Positions 20,026 through 29,017 of a stretch of DNA of 64,000 nt are shown piece after piece (within the stretch, counting starts at the first letter, position 1; every line of letters starts with the position of its first letter). The notes under the pieces are model-generated. The model saw only the letters and a program-made list of their open reading frames with translations, had not been told where the DNA came from and did no database searches. The stretch is from an uncultured Verrucomicrobiota bacterium. Its GTDB lineage: Bacteria > Verrucomicrobiota > Verrucomicrobiia > Verrucomicrobiales > Verrucomicrobiaceae. The stretch spans positions 4,338-68,337 of the forward strand of contig CAJCCF010000198.1 in NCBI GenBank assembly GCA_903960845.1. The letters run 5' to 3'. The translations under genes and the position numbers were made by a program.

Positions 20026-21726
20026 ATGCCTGCTCCTGAAAATCTCTCCCAACTTGAATCGCGTGTTCTGTCCCTGGTGCGGGATGAAGTGCTCCAGACA
20101 CCACCTGGATTCACGGTCGAGTCGGACCTCTTCGATGCGGGCCTTGATTCCATGGCCATCATGCAGCTTCTGCTGCTTTTAGAGGAGCATTATGCGGTGG
20201 CCATTCCGGTCGGCAGCGTTTCGCGCGCCAATTTCAAAAGTGCCCAAACCATTGCCGCACTTTTAGTTGCCCAAGGCTATGCGGTGACCGGGACCGAGGC
20301 TGCCGGGAAGCCCCGGGTGGAACCCCTGATCTCCGCATCTCCACCGCCTCCTGCTGAAAAACCGTTGTCTCCGCAGGCTCGCTTCGACCGGTTGCCGCTG
20401 CGTGACTGTGACTTCTTCACGCATGCCTTCGATGAGATGCTGCGCAAGGCAGGGCAGGGGGGACACATCGCACATTCATTCATCGAACTGGACCGCGTGC
20501 CGGATGTGCCGCGTCTGCGTGCGCTGCTGGCGGATTTGCCGGATCAGTATCCTTTTCCGATCCTCACGGCGCAGCTGAAGAAACCGTCGTTCTTTTCTCT
20601 GCCGGTCTGGATGCCGGCATCGAACCCGCGTCCCCTCGTGCTGCATCTTTGGACTCAGGAAGGCTCGTCTGGAGCTTTGAAAGGGCATGGCGGGACTGTT
20701 TTTTCTGATCTGCAGACAAAGCTCGATGACATCATCAACACTTCGTTGCCGCAGCATGACGATGGCTGGGAGAATGTGCGTTTTGATCTGGTGGAAAAAG
20801 CCGATGGCACATGCGTTTTCGTCTTTTCATGGAGCCATCTGATCATGGATGGCATTGGAGCGGAGTTCTTCCTGCTTGAATTGAACCGGCAGATGGGTGG
20901 TGCAAGTGAACCGGTGCCCGCTTTTGACCTGACCGACCTGAATGACCTACGCGGCTGGGGAGAGCGCTGGAAGACGGCTAAAGTTATGCCGGCCTTCTTC
21001 GATTCGGTGATGAAGAAACCTTTTGAAGCGCTGGGCTCCAGAAAGCTTTCCGAAGGCCGCGCGCATTTTCAGGTCATCACACTGACCGAGGCGCAGACCG
21101 CCGAAGCGGCCCGCCTCAGCGCCGCGATCTCCGGGCCCCTGATCAACATGCCCTTTCATCTCGCCTGTGCCATGCGCGCGCATCATCGCGTGTTTCAGCA
21201 TCGGGGTGTGAAGCCTGAATCGCTCATGTGCTGCATCCCGATCCAGGTGCGGAGAAAGGGTGTGCGCGGACCGCTGTTCCAAAACCACCTCACCATGTTC
21301 TTTTGCAACCTGCTTGCCGACGAACTCGCCACGCTGACTGCCGCCGCACAGTCGCTGCATCAGCAGCACACGCGATTCATCAAAGACAAAATCGGTGATG
21401 CTTTTCGCGATCTCATGTGGCTCATGCGACCCATGCCGCCTGGCCTGCACATGACTTTCATCAACTTCCACATGAAAGGCAAGTTTAGCTCCTTCTACCA
21501 TTCGAACACGGGCGTCTTCGCTCCCGATTTGACCGGATTTGGCGGAGCGGTCGTGACGAATGCCTACCACGTCCCAAGTTTCTCCGACCCGCCGGGAACC
21601 GGCATCTTCACGAATGAGAAGAATGGCCGCCTCGTGCTGACTCTTTGCTGGCGTGAAGGCACCCTGACGGATCAGGAGCGGCAGATCTTCATTGACCAAT
21701 TGATGAGTGATCTTGGTGTTGCGTGA
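20026..21726 (+). CDS. Acyl/peptidyl carrier domain fused to a condensation/CAT-fold acyltransferase
   Basis: N-terminal DLFDAGLDSMAIMQLLLLLEE (phosphopantetheine Ser), Pro-rich linker, then WSHLIMDGIG (HxxxDG) and IPIQVR...FQN resembling the second C-domain lobe. Confidence 0.75.
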   Translation: MPAPENLSQLESRVLSLVRDEVLQTPPGFTVESDLFDAGLDSMAIMQLLLLLEEHYAVAIPVGSVSRANFKSAQTIAALLVAQGYAVTGTEAAGKPRVEPLISASPPPPAEKPLSPQARFDRLPLRDCDFFTHAFDEMLRKAGQGGHIAHSFIELDRVPDVPRLRALLADLPDQYPFPILTAQLKKPSFFSLPVWMPASNPRPLVLHLWTQEGSSGALKGHGGTVFSDLQTKLDDIINTSLPQHDDGWENVRFDLVEKADGTCVFVFSWSHLIMDGIGAEFFLLELNRQMGGASEPVPAFDLTDLNDLRGWGERWKTAKVMPAFFDSVMKKPFEALGSRKLSEGRAHFQVITLTEAQTAEAARLSAAISGPLINMPFHLACAMRAHHRVFQHRGVKPESLMCCIPIQVRRKGVRGPLFQNHLTMFFCNLLADELATLTAAAQSLHQQHTRFIKDKIGDAFRDLMWLMRPMPPGLHMTFINFHMKGKFSSFYHSNTGVFAPDLTGFGGAVVTNAYHVPSFSDPPGTGIFTNEKNGRLVLTLCWREGTLTDQERQIFIDQLMSDLGVA

Positions 21727-21836
21727 GGTTGGATTGCCCGCCGCCACTACAACCAGGGTAAAACAGGTCCGTACATGGCGCAAATCAAGCCTTGCCAGCA
21801 CACCGCGTATTCCCCATCATCCGCACACCGAATCCC

Positions 21837-24800
21837 GTGCGTTCTTTCCTCCAGCGCCCCCATGCCTTCGTCGCTATTGCGATGCTCGCCGCGCTGTCCC
21901 TCCACGCCCAGTCCCCGAACCTACACCTCGGCGACGTGGATGACGACGGCGTCACCACCGTGCGCGACATCGTGCTCGTCGTCGAGCATGTGAAAGGCAC
22001 CACGCCGCTGGATGCGCATCATGCCGTGCTGGCGGATGTCACGAAGGACGGCGCGGTGAACCAGGCGGATGTGGATGAACTGATCAAGGAAGTGCTGGAG
22101 ACCCGCACGCCGGAGAATCTGCCGCTCGCCACCGCGCGCTTCACCTCACCGGCGGCAGGCGAGGGTGATGTGTCGGTGAACCGCGAGACCATCGTGCATT
22201 TCACCGTCCCGCTCGCCATCAATGCCACGCTCGACACCACGCAGTTCAGTGCCGAGTTCGCCGGGCATCAGGTGCTCAGCCGCGTCGAGATTTCATCGGA
22301 CCGGAAAAAAGCCTCGCTCTTCTACCTGGAGCCGCTGCCCGCGAACTCACGGGTGAAAGTCACCTTCGACGGCTCCGCGCTCACCGACCTCATCGGACGC
22401 GCCTTCGACGCCGATGCCGATGGCACCGCAGGCGGCGTGTATCGCATGAGCTTCGATACGCACACCAACAGCGGCATCCCCGCCACCGGCATCACCGGCC
22501 GTGTCGTGCAGGCCGCGCCGGAGGGCAGCGCCACCGCGCCGCCCGGCTTTGCTAATACCGGCGTCCCCGGCGTCACCATCACGGTGGACGGCCAGGAGCA
22601 GACCCTGCGCACCACCACGGATGCCCAGGGCTACTTCACCCTCACGCCATGCCCCACCGGTGTGTTCTTCGTCCACATCGACGGGCGCACTTCGCCCATG
22701 AGCGCCTACCCGGACGGCTGTTATTATCCGGTCGTGGGGAAGCAATGGGAAGCCGTCCCCGGCAAGGCCGACAACCTCGCCGCCGGCACCGGCCTCGTCT
22801 ATCTGCCCTGCTTCTGCGCCGGCACCCTCCAGCCCACCAGCCAGACGCAGGCCACCACCGTCGCCTTCCCGCAGCAGGTGCTCACGCTGAACCCCGCCCT
22901 CGCTGGCACCACCGTCGAAGTCCCCGCCAATGCCGTCTTCAGCGACGACGGCACGCGCGGTGGCAAGATCGGCATCGCCCCCGTGCCCGCCGCCGCCTGC
23001 CCTCGCCCCTGCCGCCCGGCTTGAATCTCCCCCTCGTCATCACCGTGCAGTCCGACGGTGCCACCAACCTCGACCGCCCAGCCCCCGTCTGCTTCCCGAA
23101 CCTCCCCGACCCCATCACCGGCATCAAACCCGGCCCAGGGGAGAAAAGCGCCCTCTGGAGCTTCAATCACGACGCCGGCCAATGGGAAATCGTCGGCCAC
23201 ATGACCGTCACCGCCTACGGGAACTTTGTGAAAAGCGATGCGGGTGTGGGCATTCGGCAACCGGGGTGGCATGGGGCGCAACCTGGGTCGTCTGCCACTG
23301 GTGGAGATATATTCAATGGCGCACCAATGTTGAGTGCAGATGCGCTTGGTGACGTCGCAAATCAAAAACCATTCGATTTGAACGCATTGCCTAACCGGCG
23401 ATCTCGAAAGGATTTTGATCCAAGCTACGAGCCTGAGCAGAATGGTTGTGGCGCGAAGGGTGGGGCGAAATACCCGGACGTAGTGGCGGGCGTCAGCTTC
23501 AAAGAATCATGCAACACCCATGACACTGGATATGGAACGTATTCGCCTTGGCCCCAGCCAAATGAGAAGCCGATTGGTCATAAAGCGAGCGTTGATAGCA
23601 CGTTCTACATAGATCTCCAAGCAGCCGTCAATGATGCGTTGCAAGCCGGGGTGATCGATCAACAGCAGTATCCTGGCGTATTATCCGCCGCGCTGGCATA
23701 TTATGTTGGTGTTAACGTTGAAGGAGGCGATGCCTACCAACAAGGACAATTAGACGCTAGCGTGTGGATCACCGACCAAGGCGTGTTGACCTTCGAACAA
23801 CTCAAGCAACGGAGCAATACGCCAATTATCGAGATAACACCAGCACCCCAAAATATAGCTCAGGAAAGCCATGCTATTGCGGTTGCCTCGCAGGTTAGTT
23901 CTTTGTCGTCAAATAGTGTCAGCCAGGATCTACAGATTCAGCGGTTCGTTCAGCACTTTCTTATTGAGGACGTATTTGATGGAAATGTGTTGTTGCGAGG
24001 TAAGAGCACTGGCAACGGCCTTCTCACAAACAGTGTCATTTTACCTCCTAAACATCAAATTCGCGTTTCGGTTTATCAACCCAACAGCGCATCAATTGGC
24101 ACTGTTGGGTTCAGTTCCAAGTGGAATGGGGAAACTCGTCTCATCCCAGGCATCTACATAGGACCGGATCAGGGCACCGACACCGACACCGACACCGACA
24201 CCCTCTCCGACGAATCCGAAGCCATCGTCGGCACCGACCCCAACAACCCCGACACCGACAACGACGGCGTCACCGATGGCGCGGAGTTGAAGAACGGCAC
24301 CGATCCCTTGTCCGGCATCGCAGCGGCGACGGGGATCGTGGGGAAGGCGGAGACGGGTGGGGATTGCCGGGATGTGGCGGCGGTGAATGATGTGCTGGCC
24401 GCCGCTTGTGGGGCGGAGGGGCTGCAACTGCTCGGCGTGCGGTAGGGACTTTCCCCCACCAAGCTGGCGAAGGTGCCCACGCCATCACCCGCCACCGTCG
24501 TGGCCATGACCGGCTCGCTCGTGGCCGTGGGCATGGGCAGCGGCGGCACCCTCATCGTGGATGCCAGCACGCCAGACACCCCGCAGGTGCTGCGCACCAT
24601 CAAGCTCGGCAGCAGCGTCAAGAGCCTCGCCGCCGTGGAGACCACGGTCTATGTCGGCTTCGAAGACGGCCGCATCACCGCCGTGGACATGCTCACAGGG
24701 CGCTTGCTCGCCAACGTCAATCTCGGCTCCGCCGTGCATGACCTCGCCATCGGCAAAGGCGTCCTCTACGCCGCCACCGTCGGCTCCTTGAAGACCGTGC

Positions 24801-26389
24801 CCGTGACGGCGACAGGGACCTTTGGCACCGTCACGAGCACCGCCATGACCGGCAATCTGGGAGCCGTGCGCTTTCGGCTCTTCCGTGGCGGCAACCGCCT
24901 CTACTCGGTCTTCATCCAAGGATTCCATGTCTTCAACATCACCACACCGGGCACGCCCGCCTTGCTCCAGACGAACACGACGGCCCAGTTCGGATGGCGG
25001 CATCTCGTCGCCAGTGATTCACGGCTGGCCGTCGCCGTGGTCGGCATCAACAACTCGGACGACGCGCCGCATGATGTCTCCGTCTATGACCTCGGTGCCA
25101 ACGGCACGCAGGCCACCTTCCAGACGACCTTCTCCATGCCCACGCACGCCTTTGGCTCCGTGATCTACAACGGCCTCGCCTATGTGGCCGATGGCAGCGC
25201 AGGCGTGCAGGTGGTGAACATCCGTCCCTTTGATTCGCTCAAGATCGCCCCCAACCTCACGCTCTCCGCCCAATCCACAGGAGGCGTCGTCACCGAAGGC
25301 ACCTTCGTCCCCGTCTCCGCCCTCGTCACCGACGACGTGCAGGTGCGCAATGTCGAGTTCTACGTCGATGGCGTGAAGGCCGAGACCGATGGCAACTTCC
25401 CCTTTGAAACCCGCGTGCTCGCCCCGCGTATCGACGTGGGCAAGACCACCGTCACCCTCAAGGCCAAAGCCACCGACACCGGCGGGAACTTCACCTGGAG
25501 CAGCGACATCGTGCTGAACCTCACCGCCGATACCACGCCACTCACCGTGCTCAGCATGTCTCCGCCGAACGCAGCCATCATGGCTCAGTGCTCCGGCTTC
25601 ACCCTGAAGTTCAGCGAGCCGGTGAAGTCCTCCACACTCACCTCCAGCACCGTGCGCTTCTACGCCGCAGGCCCCGATTCCCGGATTGGCACCGATGACG
25701 ACACCGCCGTCACCGCCACTCTCCTCGCCGCCGCCAATGACAGCGGCACCAACCGCGACTCAGCCTCCTGGCAAACCACCACCCCACTCACCCCCGGCAC
25801 CTACCGTGTCCTCGCCACCCTCGGTGTGCAGGACACCGCCGGAAACCCGCTCGCCGCCCCCTTTAGCGGCGTCTTCATCGTCAGCGGTGGCACTGACTCC
25901 GATGGCGATGGACTCGCCGACGATGTCGAAATCGCCCTCGGCTACGATCCCAACAACCAAGACAGCAACGGCAACGGCAAAGCCGACGGCGACGAAGACT
26001 TCGATGGTGACCTCCTCGCCAACACCTTCGAAATCCGCTATGGCCTGCAACCCAACAACCCCGACTCCAACGGCAACGGCATCAACGACCGTCTCGAAGA
26101 CACGGACAAGGACGGCTTGACGAACGCGCAGGAACTCGCTGCGGGCAGCGATCCCACGAAGGCTGACACGGATGGGGATGGATGGCCGGATCAGGTGGAG
26201 ATTCAGTTCGCTTCGAATCCGACGGATGCGAGATCGAAGCCACTCAGCTTGATCGTCGGCTCACCAGTGATGGTCGTGCCCGGTCTTGGAACTTACCTCG
26301 CAAGTCCGCCAATAATCGTAAACGGAACTGGGGGAAGCTTTGGCACATATATCGCCACCCCACCAGTTACGCTGAAGATTAACCAATGA
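21837..26389 (+). pseudogene. Large secreted multidomain protein (~1500 aa: dockerin-like, Ig-like, PLA2-like cassette, TSP3-like and LVIVD-like repeats), interrupted by a frameshift and an in-frame TAG
   Basis: Three ORF-track pieces (21792-23024, 22649-24445, 24473-26389) join into one protein. There is a one-base frameshift near 22992 (…APVPA / RLPSPLPPGLNLPLVITVQ…), and a TAG at 24443-24445 is followed by open sequence in the same frame. Signal-peptide-like start at GTG 21837. Confidence 0.75.
24175..24202 (+). repeat. (CACCGA)4.7 hexanucleotide microsatellite encoding TDTDTDTDT
   Basis: caccga caccga caccga caccga cacc, read directly. Confidence 0.85.
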
Positions 26390-27606
26390 ACTTTATGATC
26401 ACATATCCTTCCAAAATCGACGCATTGAGAGCCAGTGCTATCAAGCTAGCTGTGATTCTTCACTGTTTCATTGCATTGCCCTCAATTTCTGTAGCCCAGA
26501 CTTTCGATAGCGGTAGCACAGGCAGCTATGGGCCGCTGACCATCACGACGAACACTACATTGCAGTTGCCTGCCGATGGCATTTTCAATTGCACGACAAT
26601 CAACATTGCAAGTGGTGCCGCTCTCAAGTTCGCCCCAAATGCATTGAATACGCCTGTGTATCTGCTTGCCACAGGAGACATCATTATTGCCGGAACGATT
26701 GACGTCAGCGGCAAACAAGCACTTGGGCGGGGCGCTGGTGGAGCAGGCGGACCGGGCGGATTCGCAGGTGGAAATGGTGGTCCACTTGCGGCTAGGGGGA
26801 GTGCAGGCTTGGGGCCTGGGGGCGGACCTGAGGGAACAGGAAATGGCGTCCGTGGTGCATATCGCTTTGCCATAGGCACCTCAGCCGCGACTTATGGCAA
26901 CAGCTTGCTTATGCCTCTCGTTGGAGGCTCAGGAGGATCAGGTTCGTTCTCGCCGGAAGTGGCTGCTGGGCAAGGCGCTGGCGGAGGTGGCGGCGGCGGA
27001 GCCGTCCTGATTGCTTCAAACACCCGGATCGTGTTTCCCGCCCCAACAGGATCTATTTACGGAAAGGTAATTGCGGACGGAGGGGCAAAGTTTTCGCTCT
27101 ATTATTTGTATCCATATGAATCCGGTGCCGGGAGTGGTGGGGCAATTCGAATGATCGCCCCAGTTGTCACAGGAAGCGGAGATTTTTCGGTCAGATGCGA
27201 AGGCAATACCAACGGCCGATTCCGCATTGACGCTTTCGATAGCTCAAACTTTTCCGTTCATTCCGGTGATACGCCAGAAGCAGTCGGGGCGGTTATGATC
27301 ATCTTTCCCTCACCACTTCCAAAACTTAGCGTGGTCGCAACAGCCGGAACCAATATCGTGGAGAACTCACCATCGGCAATTATTGTGAACCTTCCGACCG
27401 GAAGTCCTGCGACTCAGCCAATCAAAATCCGTGCGCGCGACTTTGGAGGAATAGTGCCCGTCCGAATTCGATTGGTCCCTGAAAATGGTGAGGCCACGAC
27501 CTTCGATGGCACGATCGACAATACGGTGACCAATCCCGCCGAAACGACAATTAATGTCACCATGCCACTTGGCGTAGCGGTGAACGTCCAAGTCTATACC
27601 CGCTAA
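26386..27606 (+). CDS. Secreted glycine-rich hypothetical protein, partner of the upstream large protein
   Basis: ATGA overlap with the upstream stop; signal-peptide-like …SISVAQ; GGPGGFAGG and GGGGGGA motifs; AT-richer codons. Confidence 0.75.
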   Translation: MNFMITYPSKIDALRASAIKLAVILHCFIALPSISVAQTFDSGSTGSYGPLTITTNTTLQLPADGIFNCTTINIASGAALKFAPNALNTPVYLLATGDIIIAGTIDVSGKQALGRGAGGAGGPGGFAGGNGGPLAARGSAGLGPGGGPEGTGNGVRGAYRFAIGTSAATYGNSLLMPLVGGSGGSGSFSPEVAAGQGAGGGGGGGAVLIASNTRIVFPAPTGSIYGKVIADGGAKFSLYYLYPYESGAGSGGAIRMIAPVVTGSGDFSVRCEGNTNGRFRIDAFDSSNFSVHSGDTPEAVGAVMIIFPSPLPKLSVVATAGTNIVENSPSAIIVNLPTGSPATQPIKIRARDFGGIVPVRIRLVPENGEATTFDGTIDNTVTNPAETTINVTMPLGVAVNVQVYTR

Positions 27607-28102
27607 CTCTTCGCCACCGCGTTCGGCATGGTCCACTTCCTCAACGCCTCTTCAAAGCCCACGCCATCCAACGCCGCCGGAACAGCGGTGGCGGAGAACG
27701 CGAGCGGGCCGGTGTCGGTGATCCTGCCAGCGGGGACGAATCCGAGCCAGACGATCCAGGTGCGGGCGCGGGATTTCGGCTGCGTGGTGCCCATCCGCGT
27801 GCGCCTGGTGCCCGAGAGCGGCGATGCGACGACCAGCGGGATTCGTTCAGAAATGGGGCACCCATCTGCTTGGTCTTTGAGCGGCTGGCTTCGTTGTTCC
27901 TCAGTCACAGATCACTGCGGATATGCTCCTTCGTCACGCCTCACCAGCCGCCCAAATTCCGGCGCATCTTTGGCACCCCATTTCTGCCCGAGTCCCTTGT
28001 GACGCCACCATCGACAACACGGTCAATAATCCCGCCACCACCAACGTCCCCATGACCCTCCCCATCAACGCCGGCGTCCGCATCGAAGTCTTCACGCGGT
28101 AA
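27607..28102 (+). pseudogene. Relic 3' end of a paralogue/previous allele of the 26386-27606 gene, split by an insertion
   Basis: GTAVAENASGPVSVILPAGTNPSQTIQVRARDFGCVVPIRVRLVPESGDATT | DATIDNTVNNPATTNVPMTLPINAGVRIEVFTR* aligns with the C-terminal ~85 aa of the intact gene. Confidence 0.8.
27838..27996. mobile_element. ~160-bp MITE-like non-coding insertion with imperfect terminal inverted repeats
   Basis: Left end GGGATTCGTTCAGAAATGGGG matches the reverse complement of the right end GGGACTCGGGCAGAAATGGGG at 18/21. Internal GCGGCTGG...CCAGCCGC inverted pair. Interrupts a recognisable coding relic. Confidence 0.7.
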
Positions 28103-28352
28103 GGTATGGCCTACGGAGCCGAGCGTAGCGAGACAGACGACTGAAAGGAGCCCGCAGGGAAGCGAAGAGCATCAACACACGGACGACACGGAATGGAACA
28201 CCGCGAGAGATTGAAAAACCGCAGAGCCCAACCTTTTGAAATGATTCTGCCCTCCATGAATTTGCCATGCCTCCCCTCTGCGTTCTTGCCCGACTTCGCA
28301 GAGCCCAACTCTGTGAATTGCCTTTTTCTCTAACTGCCGCTATTCTGCGCCC

Positions 28353-28589
28353 ATGAGCACACTAGCCCTCGAACTCGGAGCTGAACTCGAAACCCTCGAT
28401 CCTGAAGACGCTCAGCATATCCAGCGGGCCTTGCGAGAGATGATCCAGCTTGTCAAACGCAAGACCAAGGTGGTCGCACCTGCGAAACCCTATGTCACCG
28501 AGGGAGAACCGCTGGGCCTCAAGGTGGGTAACGGCTCCCACAAATGGACGGATTGGCTCGATAAAGCGGAAGGACCTGATTGGAAATGA
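28353..28589 (+). CDS. Putative antitoxin (VapB-like position)
   Basis: 78 aa, ATGA-coupled to the PIN toxin; acidic C-terminus (PLGLKVG...WLDKAEG). Family not recognised. Confidence 0.65.
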   Translation: MSTLALELGAELETLDPEDAQHIQRALREMIQLVKRKTKVVAPAKPYVTEGEPLGLKVGNGSHKWTDWLDKAEGPDWK

Positions 28590-29017
28590 CACTCGTGGAC
28601 GTCAACATCCTGATCTATGCGGAGGACACGAAGTCGCCGCATCATGCTGTCGTGCGTCCGTGGTGGGATGCCCTGATGAACGGCCCGGAGACCGTTGCCC
28701 TGTGCTGGCCCACGCTGAATGGCTTCTTGCGCATCGTCACACATCCCAAGATCGCAACGAATCCACTCTCTCCAGCCGACGCCGCTGCCAAGGTGAGCAC
28801 CTGGGTGGCTCATTCCAAGGTGTGGATCGTGAATCCAGGCCCAAGCCACTGGCAGGAATATGAGAAACTCATCCTCGCCACCTCCGCGACCGGCAATCTC
28901 CTGATGGACGCCCATCTCGCAGCTCTCGCCATCGAGCACGGCTGCGAACTCGCCTCCTGCGACACGGACTTCGCCAAATTCCCCGGCCTGCGCTGGATCA
29001 ACCCGCTGATGCCATGA
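28586..29017 (+). CDS. VapC family PIN-domain ribonuclease toxin
   Basis: MTLVDVNILIYA, FLRIVTHP, GNLLMDAHLAALAIEHG, SCDTDFAKFPGLRWINPL. Confidence 0.93.
   Translation: MTLVDVNILIYAEDTKSPHHAVVRPWWDALMNGPETVALCWPTLNGFLRIVTHPKIATNPLSPADAAAKVSTWVAHSKVWIVNPGPSHWQEYEKLILATSATGNLLMDAHLAALAIEHGCELASCDTDFAKFPGLRWINPLMP

Noticed and set aside
15293-20052. Long antisense ORFs (15293-16780, 18625-20052; likewise 976-2037, 31240-32337, 32956-34170, 60531-61730)
   Set aside because: They are shadows of well-supported genes on the opposite strand in GC-rich DNA, with no recognisable motifs.
24443-24445. In-frame TAG as evidence for stop-codon recoding or pyrrolysine
   Set aside because: TAG terminates ordinary genes in this window (ispG at 6405-6407, the FAD enzyme at 30871-30873), and no pyl genes are present.
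21837-28102. Diversity-generating retroelement behind the duplicated C-terminus
   Set aside because: No reverse transcriptase, and differences between the two copies are not adenine-specific; they are diverged paralogous codons.
28110-28300. Short degenerate repeat-like motifs (GAGCGTAGCGAG, ACACGGA x2, ATGATTCTGCC/ATGAATTTGCC) upstream of vapBC
   Set aside because: Too fragmentary to define an element or structure from this window alone.
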